From NCBI GenBank assembly GCA_009602735.1, contig WELA01003517.1, positions 356,028-420,027 of the forward strand: a stretch of 64,000 bases of DNA, written 5' to 3'. This stretch comes from Mesotaenium endlicherianum. Taxonomy: Eukaryota. The position numbers were made by a program, and so were the translations under genes. The notes under the pieces are model-generated. The model saw only the letters and a program-made list of their open reading frames with translations. It was not told the DNA's origin and ran no database searches. Below are positions 51,700-62,200 of the stretch, one piece after another (the first letter of the stretch is position 1; every line of letters begins with the position of its first letter).

Positions 51700-54600
51700 A
51701 CGATCTTGGGCGCTACACAGGCGACCCTATGAGGATCCCCCTCCAGACAGACGTGCCCATCTTCCAGAAGCGCTATCGTTACAACCGCTTTGAGGACGAC
51801 CTGATCAGCACGTAGACAGGCAAGCTAGAGGAGTGTCAGCTCATTCGTGAGTCTGCCTCCACCTACGCTGCGCTCACAGTCATGCCAGCTAAGAAGGACG
51901 CCTCAGGCAACTGGTCTTAGAAGAGGATGTGCGGTGACTATCGTAAGCTTAACAAGGTCACTAAGCAGGACAGACACCCTATGCCGACCCCTGACGAGAT
52001 CTTCGACGACATCGGCGCTTGTACTTGGTTCTCGGTGCTGAATTTGAGGCAGGGCTTCAACCAGATACCCATTGCGGAGGAGGACCAGCATAAGACGGCT
52101 TTTTGGAGATCGCAGCGTCTGTACGAGTGGAGGGTTATGCCCTTCGGCTTGAAGAACGCTCCTGCCACCTTCCAGCAAGTCATGGATAAGGAGCTGGCAG
52201 GGCTCTCCTTTGCCCGGTGCTACATCGATGACGTGCTCGTCTCCAGTGAGACGTTTGAGGAGCACGTGGCGCATATCACTACAGTTCTGGACCGCTTGGA
52301 GGTCGTTGGGCTCAAGTGTCATCCAGGCAAGTGCACCTTTGGGACCCGGGAGGTGGAGTACCTCGGGCATCTTTTGTCTTCGAGTGGTTTGGCTCCTCAG
52401 CTGGCCAAGATCTTGACCATCACAGGCATCCCGCCGCCGACCGACCTCTCGCAGCTGAGGGCCTTCCTTGGCATCGCCAACTACTATCGCCGCTTTGTGC
52501 CTGGGTTCAGCGAGCTGGCCAAGCGGCTCAACGACTTGCTACGCAAGGGCGTTGCCTACGAATGGGGACCAGAGCAGCAGGCAGCGTTTGACAAGCTCAT
52601 GGAGCTGTTGGTGTGCGCCCCAGTACTACGGCGGCTTGACTATCAGAAGCCCTTCATCCTCCACACCGACTGGTCGCAGGCAGGGCTTGGAGCAGTGCTG
52701 GTGCAGGAGCATGACAGCTTCGAGCATGTGGTGGCGTACGCCAGCCGTAGCAACAACCGTGCCGAGGGCAACTACGGCTCCTATGAGTCGGAGTCCTGGT
52801 AGTAGTATGGGCAATTGTGCATTTCAGGCACTATCTCTACGGCACCCACTTCCGCTTGGTCACCGACCATCAGCCACTCAAGTGGCTCATGACGTCGGAG
52901 CGCCTGACGGGCAAGTACGCACGGTGGGCGCTCATCTTGCAGGAGTACACCTTTGACGTGCATCATCGTCCAGGGTCCACGAACTTGGACGCTGACTGCC
53001 TCAACCGCAACTCGCTGCCCTCTTCGCGAGACCTCATGGTAGCCCGCCACGATGAGGATGAGCCAGTGGCCTGGCACGCAGCGGCATTCTTGGCCTTCAC
53101 TGTTGACGACGACGTGCGGCCCACAGGGCTCACTAGCCTAGACATGGTGACTGTCACCACTCGACGACTCGCCTTGGCAGCAGCTAAGGAGCGGGACAGC
53201 TGGCAGCGCGGGCCCGAGGACGTGTGGGACAACACCCCGGTGCTGCAGTACGTCACGGCCAAGGAGTTGGTCCCAGGCATTAGTGCGCGCGAGCGTGACC
53301 GCGTCATGAATCGTAGCCGGGACTTTGTCTTCATGGAGGGGCGCATGCGGCGAGTGATGGTGGACGGCTCTGTCCTGGTGGTCCCTGAGCCCGCTATACG
53401 CAGCCAGCTGGTGCGACGTGTGCACGAGACGCTTGGACACTTCGGTTTTAAGCGCACTCTCAGCCTCCTCCAAGCTCAGTACTGGTGGCACGGCATGACT
53501 AAGGTTGTCGCCGACGTCGTCAGCAGCTGCACACATTGCGACCGGGTGCGCTCAAGCTTCACAGCCCGCACCGTCGCTCTCAGCCCTCTCCCTATTCAAG
53601 GGCTGTTCTACAGATGGTCGCTCGACTTGGCTGGGGAGCTGCCCAAGTCTCGCCGAGGCAACCTCTATGTCTTGGTGATGATCGAGCACATGTCCAAATG
53701 GGTCGAGCTTGTGCCGCTGCCCAGCAAGGCCAGTGAGGGGATTGCTCAGGCTTTCCTCGAAAAAGCCCTTAGCCGCTTTGGCGGCTGCGCTGAGGTCCTC
53801 ACTGACCAAGGCAAAGAGTTCCAGGGCAGCTTTCAAGAGCTGCTAGAGCGCTCGATGATCGACCACCGCACCACCTCCCGCGACCATCCCCAGGCTGACG
53901 GCCTCGCAGAGCGCATGGTGCAGACCGTCAAGCTTGGGCTGCGGAAGTACTGCCTGGCCCACGACAGCACCCATTGGGACGACGCCCTCCCATGGTTGGC
54001 TATGGGGTACAAGTTCAGTAAGCAGGCCTCCTTGGCCTCACATTCTCCCTACGTCCTTCTCTACGGCCGACAGCCAGTCCTGCCCGCAGCAGCCAGGATC
54101 GTGGCCGAAAACGTTTTGGACCTGGACAGTCCCGAGACGTGGAGCGCTCTTATCGGGCAGCGTGCACAGCTCTTTCAGCGCCTGATGCCCATGGCCATGG
54201 ACAACCTCAGCATTGCTCAGCACCGCGACACACTGAGGTATGCCATGACTCGTGGAGGAGCCTATCGGCCGCGAGTGTTGCAGTTCTCCGCAGGTGACTT
54301 CGTGTACCTGCGACGCCAGACAAAGAACACCCTCGACACCAGCAGCTCGCCCGTCGTCCTACGCGTCAGGCGTGTCTTGGCGTCAGGAGTTCTGGAGCTG
54401 GAAGGCGCAGATGGCCGTCTTCACAAGGACCACACAAAGAATTGTGGACCATGCCACCTTCCTAACCTTGACATGCAGATTCGTCCCTGCGACGCAAGGC
54501 CGCCCAAGGACTGGGCGTGCCAGATTTGCCACAGCCCCGGCCAGGAGGCCAGCATGCTGCTATGCAACAGCTGCAACCTCGGCTTCCACATCGGTTGCCT

Positions 54601-54700
54601 TGACCCGCCGCTGGCCCGCATGCCAGCTGGCGACTGGTTTTGTAGCGACTGCACTGCTTTAGCTCTAGACAGCGATCACAGCCCATCAGCTTGTGGCTGA
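51700..54700 (+). pseudogene. RT-RNase H-integrase-PHD region of element C
   Basis: MCGDYRKLN, MPFGLKNAPATFQ, YIDDVLV; TDWS, TDHQPL; HETLGH..CTHC, SLDLAG, LTDQG, AERMV; a few stops and one frameshift near 52800. Confidence 0.95.
54518..54652 (+). other. PHD finger (C4HC3) fused to the integrase C-terminus
   Basis: CQIC...MLLCNSCNLGFHIGCLDPPLARMPAGDWFCSDC. Confidence 0.93.
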
Positions 54701-54712
54701 GAGCTGGGGGGG

Positions 54713-54845
54713 GAATTAAAACATTTGACGCGTGACGTTTGGCTATAAAGCCACACCTATTATAGACTTCATTGCAGCAAAGCTTGCTTGCATGTTATGC
54801 ATTGCTTGTGTCATTAATACGCACCCGACCTCCTACCGCACGACA
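54713..54845 (+). repeat. Repeat B1 (133 bp), directly after a G-tract (54706-54713, PPT-like)
   Basis: Direct repeat of 55857-55993; ends CACGACA. Confidence 0.95.
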
Positions 54846-54847
54846 GC

Positions 54848-55856
54848 TGTCATGATTTATTAAGTCGAGGTTGACGTACAAACCAAGCTCTACGTGTGTG
54901 AACCATCAACCTAGGAAGACCAACTTTGCATTGACTTTACGCATCCATATGCTGACCTTCTCTAGATTTCCGAGTCACCAAAGTGTAGCGCGTCAAGGCA
55001 TCTTCCGAATGGTACCGGTTTCGCGTCATTTGGTTAATTATCGAGCGAGATAGACGCGATCTAGTTCGTACTCCTTTCGGCACCTAGCGGAATCACACCA
55101 AATGGCCAACTTGTGACTCAATGCACCCAAAGGTGACAATGTTGACTATTCGTGACCCCAAGGACCCCTAGCTTTGTGCGCACAAATCCGCGAGCCCTTT
55201 AGACTACATAAGTCTTGCATTTCCATAGCATAAGTGCATCATTGAGGCTATAACTTGGTGACTGCATCACCTACTCCTAGAGGAAGCTTCCTCAAGTTTC
55301 AGATTCACTTTTGAGGCGCTATCTAGGTAGAACTACCCAAGGTAAGCTCCACCAATGAGAGACACTTAGCATATTCTACGTGCTTTGCTTTGATTGGTTT
55401 GAGTTATGCTTAGCCTATAGGAGTGCTAGTACATGCCTTGTACACATTAGTGGACATAGGAGAGCCTCCTAGAGTGACTACATGCATTGGATCCGCCGCA
55501 TACAACGCCGGGTTTTCAGGAGTATAAGTGCTAGAGATGTCCCTAGAGGAACATCTTTCAGAAGTCCCATTATGCCAGTTGTAAGTCACAGAGATTATCA
55601 GTAAAGCTTACACTTTTATCTCTTGTGTTTTCAGGACCACTTTGTCCCTCTCTTGTGTAGAGCAAGCCTTTCTGGCTTCCAATCACTAGAAGAACTTCAC
55701 AAGCGGTGAGCAAAGTCACAGCTCATACCCCCTGCCATAGGACTACTCTTGAAAATCATGATGTGCTTCTAGTGATCTTTTGGGCCAGACTTCATTAGTT
55801 GTTTTCCTACCAGATTACAGTCTTGAGGTGCTCACTCTGGAGAGTACTCACTCCTT
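54848..55856 (+). repeat. Repeat A2 (1009 bp)
   Basis: Direct repeat of A1; separated from B1 only by GC. Confidence 0.95.
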
Positions 55857-55993
55857 GAATTAAAACATTTGACGCGTGACTATCGTTTGGCTATAAAGCC
55901 ACATCTATTATAGACTTCATTGCAGCAAAGCCTGCTTGCATGTTATGCATTGCTTGTGTCATTGATACGCACCCGACCTCCTATTGCACGACA
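55857..55993 (+). repeat. Repeat B2 (137 bp), right end of element C
   Basis: Direct repeat of B1 with a 4-nt indel; abuts A2 with no spacer; followed by TSD CGTA. Confidence 0.95.
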
Positions 55994-56213
55994 CGTATTT
56001 AGGACGTTTTGCTAATTACCTCAAATACATTATACTTTTTGTTTAAAAAAGATTGCATATTTGTTGTTTAATTAACACATACGTGTGCCAACTACTTTTG
56101 GGTTGATTAGCACAATGACCACACTGCTATTGCAAAATCAAATCGTATAATTATTTCAATTACTTCGCAAAAGTGTAACTTAATCATGTCGCAATTGCTA
56201 TCCGGTTGACGGT

Positions 56214-59200
56214 TCTAATGAATCATTATGTTGCATAGATATAATATTCATTTAAATATTATTGCTGAATAACTTCAGCCTGCTAAACTTCAGTCTGCTG
56301 GATATTTGATACTTAATTATATGACTCAGCAAAGAGCAGCAGGCTGAAGTCAATTAGGTCAGCCTGTTGACTTGGGTCAGCTTGCTGACACATTCTTTCA
56401 CAGTGAGCTGGCTGTCGTACTCGGCAGCAAGGAACTGCCTAGCTATGCATCTAAGTGTGGTGTGCTAGATGAGTGGCCAGATGACACCCTTAAGGTGGAT
56501 GGCGATTCGGAATGATGGGAGATGGATATGCATTTTGTTAGCTAAGGTCCTACCAACATGATTAACTCCCGGGTAGGCAATGCCATTGCACTTGCCGTTG
56601 AACACTAAACTCATTCCATGTGTATATGCTAGGTATTGCTCTCGAGTTTGGCATTCGGAAACGAGGCCAACTCTCTTGTAGTGCTTAGTGAGAGATACCT
56701 AAATCCAAGGCGAGAAGCCATTGATACGCACTGTCTTCTAGCCTTGCTTATACACGAGTTTACTGATTGCATTATTGAAGCTAGTTTACTTGCATTTGAC
56801 TAGCGAGTATTGTTCAATGGTAGTGAGTTGTCTTTTGCTGTTTAATCAATTAACAGAAAATACCACAAAGATTACTCGTTGATATAAAGATCTTTATAGA
56901 TTGTTAATTGCCTATTGGTAATTCGATTCATTTCAGTGGTATCGGAGCAGTTTTCGCAATAGTTGTGTATGGTAAGGACTAGGTCTCAAGCTAGCAACTC
57001 TCGGGAAATGGAGGGTGAGGACAATGATAACATTATAGGAGGGCAGGACCACAGTCGCGTCTTTGGGCCCCGTACCTACTTAGAAACGTTGCAGGATGCA
57101 GGAGCAAGAGAAGCAACTGAGCAGGCAACAGCTCAGCCCAACTGGCGGAGGATGAGCGTTTAGCCAAAGAGGTAGAGGAGGCAAGAAACAAGAGGGCCTT
57201 GGTTGAAAGGACGGTGGAAGAGCAGATGGCAGAGAGGGCCAATCTCGGAAACCAACCTCCTGCTGCGTCTACTATCATACCTCTCCCTCAAATTTGCAGC
57301 AAATTGAGCGCAACGGGTATAGTCGGAGCGGCAGCAATTGGGAATGCCGAAGCTGCTACTAATCGAGCTAAAGTTGCTGCTGCTGCGTTTGCTGGGCTGC
57401 CACCTCAAAATGTAGATCTGGGAGCTTCATTTGTGCAGCTGCAATTGCAAGTGGCGAGCTTGTATCAGTCTGAACAGGACGACAAAAGGATCATGATGGC
57501 ACTGCTGGCGGTGGTGGCAGAGGGCCTAGTAAGCCTAAGCCAAAATCTCCCCAGGACTATGACCCTGAGGGAAACAAAAAGTATTACCTCATCAAGTTTC
57601 TCGCTAACGTTGAGCAGTGGCTAGAGAACTACCCACAACTGCAGAATTACAATAAGGTCAAGCACACTGGTACTCTACTAAAAGGCAGTGCAGCAGACTG
57701 GTGGCTGTATTGGAAAGGAGAGCGTAAGGCTCAACAACTTCGTGACCCTACTTGGGTAGAGTTTGTCGAGAAGCTGCATGAGAAGTTTGATGTCATCAAT
57801 CAGCAGGAGAAAGCTATCTATGCAATGATCTCCTTGACACTGAAGTAGACCACTTCAGTTGCTGAGTTTGCTCAAAAGTTCCAGGAGAACATGATGAAGC
57901 AGCCAACTTGCCAGAGCGAAATAGGATAGCATACTTCTTGAAATCCGAAGACTCAAGTCATTTTGCTGAAAAGAAGTATGAGAAACTGGCTGACTTCATC
58001 CAAGATGCTGATGCCTGGGATCAGCAACAATTCAATCACAAGCGTCAGAGCATTGCTTTGGTGTCTAAGATTGTCAAAAAGTCACACAATTCCTACAATG
58101 CAATTGAAGGAGATCAGGGTGAGGGCGATCAGGGTGATGAGTATGAGTACGAGTATAATGCTATGCAATCTAGAGGGGGAGGTGGATACTCTTGGGGTGG
58201 CTATGGAAGAGGTGGTGGTAGGACTAAGCCAAGACCAGCCTCAGCAAAATTTATTTGCTACCATTGCCAACAGTTGGGTCACTACAGAGAGCAGTGTCCG
58301 TCAACCACCTTCCAAAGGTTGAGAGAAAGGTCCAGCCTTTAAAAGACAGCAACAGTTAGTAATCCAGTCTACTGATTGTGAGGATGCTAGAGATAGTGAG
58401 TCGTCATTAGCTGCCCTTGTAGCAGGTATTATGGGCCCGGCTGAACTGGATTCACTATGCATGCCTGACAACCAGATAAAGGAGACCATCAGCAATATAG
58501 ATCTCCAGAGAGTGCACACTCTGGATGATCTTGTTCCACCTGATGTCCAACATTTCTTTGCTAAGTCAAGAGAATAATGCAAAAGTCAGGAAAAGTCAGT
58601 TCCCCCTATTCTATTGCATTGTATGTATGCAGGTAGGAAGTTGAGGGCATTTGTTGACGGAGGGGCGTCACACACTTTATATCCATAAGGACTTAGTTAA
58701 GCGGCTAAGGCTGCCTTTTGTCACCCAAGGGAATAGAAAAATATTCCTTGGAGATGCCATAAGTATCCCGGGAGGAGTTATAACCAAGCCTATTGAGGTC
58801 CAGTTAGGTTCTGGCATTGCAGTTCTAACTGAAACGCTTACGTTTGAGGTACTCAACATTGGCTTTTATGATCTCGTGCTAGGCAGGTCTTGGCTTAACA
58901 AACATCAAGCTGAAGTGTGTTGGAGCAGAGGTACAGTTAAAGTGAGAGGAGCCAATGATGGGCAGACTAACTCGGTACCCACCAGTTATCTTCCTCTCGT
59001 CTTGTATGGATGGCAAATGAAGGAAAAGGAGAGGCTTCCAGGAGGATGCAAATTGCTGAACGCAATGGAGTTCATTGAAAGCTAGAACCAGAAGGAAGAT
59101 AGAATGTTCAGTCTGCTGCTAAAAGAGGTACCTTCTCAACCTGAAGAGTTGGTTGAGAAAAAGGTGAGCCCTCCGGAGCTACCTCTTGCTGCAAAAATTG

Positions 59201-62200
59201 TTGCTCAGTATATTAATGTATTTAATATGCCTCCAAGACTGCCCCCCAAAAGGGAAAAAGATCATAGGATTGATTCATTACCTAGGAGTCAGCCACCTTG
59301 GCAACGCACCTATGGCTTGTCTTATGTGGAGAACAAAGAGTTAAAAACACAAATTATAGTGGTGGAGGAAAATGGTTATATTTCCTGCAGTAAATCACCT
59401 TATGGCGCACCCATCCTATTTGTCAAGAAGAAGGATGGCAGTATGCAAATGTGTGTAAAATATAGAGCTCTTAACACAATTACAGTAAAGAACAAGTATG
59501 CTTTATCCAAAATCAGGGACTTGCTTGATACCCTGTCTGGTGCTACAGTATTCACCAAGATAGATTCCAAGAGTGATTATTATCAAGTTAGAATTGCTGA
59601 GGGGCACAAACAGAAGACTGCTTTTCGCACACGTTATGGACACTATGAGTTTAATGAAATACCATTTGGACTGACTAAAGCTCCTGCAACCTTCATGGGT
59701 GCTATGAATGACATTTCTAGGCCTTACTTGGATAAGTTTGTGCAAGTCTTCTTGGATGATATTTTAATTTTCTCTAATAATGAAGCTGAGCATGTTGAGC
59801 ACTTAAAGACAGTCATGGACACTCTCAGAAGAAATTAGTTATATGTTAAAATGAGCAAGTGTGATTTCTCTAAGAAAAGTATTGAATTCTTGGACCACGT
59901 TGTCAGTCAGGAAGACATCAGTGTGGATCCTAAGAAAGTCCAGACTATAAGGGACTAGCCAGTACCACAGTCTGTCTCGAAAGTTAGATCCTTCCTTGAG
60001 TTGGCTAACCACTATAAGAGATTCATTGAGAATTATTCTACAAGGCCAGTAAATTGACTAACCTTACTAAGAAGGACATTGGGTATGTGTGGGGGGAAGA
60101 GCAGCAAGCTGCCTTTGAGACCCTTGAAGATGCTCTTTGTTCTGCCCCAGTCTTAGCTGTGTATGACCCCAGCAAACCTGTATAGGTGGTTACTAATGCT
60201 TCTAACTTTGCCATGGGCGCTATTTTGTTGCAGCCTGCTGACAAAACCACAAAGGATGGTAAGGTTAAGCAGGAGTGGCGCCCTGTGCTGTATGAGTCTA
60301 TGAAATTCAACCCAACTGACATTAACTATTCTGTACATAAGAAAGAGCTGCTTGCTATCATTCATATGCTCAAACAGTGGAGAGCATACTTACATGGTAA
60401 AGCGTTTAAGGTGTTTACAAATCATCTAGCTCTGACTCACTTTCAAAAGAAGTCCAAGCTGTCAAGGAGAGAGAATCGCTACAGCCAGATGTTGGAGCAA
60501 TTCCAAATTCAGATTGACTACAAACTAGAGAAGTTGAATCTTGCTGATGCACTCTCTAGAAGACTTGACTTGCAAGAAGCAAACTTTAGTCAGCATGTTG
60601 TAAATTTAGTCCTTTGTGCCCTCACTTCACTGCAGGTGAAAAAGTCCTTTCTTCAAACAACTTAGGAAAGCCTACCTTTCTGACCCAACATTTAAGCCCA
60701 GCCCCACTGATGGTGTGTGTCTTGCTACCGCACTCGGGTATAGGCTGAAGGGAGGGGTCTGGGTAAGTGAAACAACTTCAGGCAGGCTAAAGCTGGTCAT
60801 TCCTGATAACTTGGAAATAAGGTCACTCTTACTGAGTCAAGCACATGACGGTTTACTGGGTGGGCATTTGGGGCAGGCCAAAACTGTTGGCAAACTGGCA
60901 AAACATTATCATTGGGAGAGATGACCTCGGGAGGTTTTGAAATATGTGAAGTCTTGTGATCAGTGTTAGAAAAAAATGTCTAGGCACACACCACCCAGGG
61001 GGCTATTACAACCACTACCCATCCCAGTTGGATGTTGGAAAACAATATCAATATATTGGGTGGTAACACTATCAAGAATTGCCAATGGGCAAAATTCTAT
61101 ATTGGTAGTAGTGGATAAACTAACAAAAATGGTCATTTTCATCCCCACCACTGTCAAAGTAACTGCACTTGAAACTGCGAGACATTTTTACAACCATGTA
61201 GTATGCCAACATGGGCTACCCTCTAACATTATCTCAGACAGAGACTCAAAATTTACCTCTAAGTCCTAGAGAGCTTTAATGGGGTTAATGGGAGTCAACC
61301 AGCTGCTCAGCACAACAAATCATGGGCAAATTGAAAGAAATAACCGAGTTATGCAAGAGGTGCTGAGAGCATATATTAACCAAAAACAAGATATTTGGGA
61401 TGACCTGTTGCCTCAAATTCAATTTGCGGTCAACAGTGCGGTGCACGTGTCAACCGAAAAGACTCCTTCTGAGCTCAGTCTGGGTAGAGTCCCTAAGTCT
61501 CCTTTAGATGTGCTAGGAGAGTCTTTAACTGACCCTGAGGGCATTGACAACCCGGTGTCTCTCGAGTTAACTTAAGAGTTTGCTGACACCTTGTCAGAAG
61601 TTCAACACAATCTGCACAAAGCCCAGGAAATTCAACAAAAAGACGCTAATTAACACCGTCGAGTACTAACATTTTCAAAGGGCGATTTGGTCAAACTGCA
61701 TTCTCAACGCTTGTACCTGCCTGGTGTGGTCATGAAAATTCTTGGTCCGATCTGGGTCGGTCCATATTCGGTGGTGCGTCGTGTCGATCAGTATGCTTAC
61801 AAATTGAGCATGTCAGCGGAATACAAGGTTCACCTAGTCTTTAATGTCTCCTTCTTGGAACCATACATTAAAGGTGACACACTGTTCACAGGTCAATTAC
61901 CTGTCCAACCGGGACCGGTCCCCGCTGTCTGGGAAGGTGAACCTGAGAAATATGAGGTTGATGAGATTTTAGAAGCTCGCTCTGTCCATCGATCATCTAA
62001 AGATGTCATGAAATATCTGGTCAGCTGGAAGGGCTACGATGCCTCTGGGGACACCTGGGAATCTAAGGACCATTTGCCCTATGCCAAAGGGGTGTTGAAA
62101 CGGTTTTACCTTCGGGAGGCTGGGACACCTCCTTAACTGTCACTTCAATTGACATGGGAAGGTGACAGGAGGTCCTGTCTCCATTTAAGTTGGAGGGAAA

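Larger units (their letters stand above)
42783..55993 (+). mobile_element. Element C: 13.2-kb Ty3/Gypsy retrotransposon with DNMT and PHD domains and split direct repeats A1-ORFs-B1-A2-B2
   Basis: Outer ends TGTCATG...CACGACA; TSD CGTA (42779-42782 / 55994-55997); repeats and domains listed separately. One N at 47421. Confidence 0.93.
42756..56213 (+). repeat. Family-D 3' LTR split by element C (42756-42782 and 55998-56213), then cut by B4
   Basis: Joined TGTAACCATCTGAGCACTTTAGACGTA|TTTAGGACGTTTTGCTAATTACC aligns with TGTAACGATTTGAGCTTTTTTGGTGTATTTGGGACGTTTTCCTGATAACC at 29973. Confidence 0.85.

Noticed and set aside
44000..54700. Many overlapping alternative-frame and antisense ORFs
   Set aside because: Expected shadows of GC-rich coding sequence.
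42783..55993. Element C as a DIRS/Ngaro tyrosine-recombinase element
   Set aside because: It has a protease, an HHCC-DDE integrase, TG...CA ends and a 4-bp TSD; no YR motif was recognised.
54848..55993. A2+B2 as an ordinary 3' LTR with a deleted 5' LTR end
   Set aside because: This does not explain B1, the purine tract before B1, the primer-like site exactly at the A1 end, or the same order in the relic at 26.6-26.8 kb. Not fully excluded without more copies.
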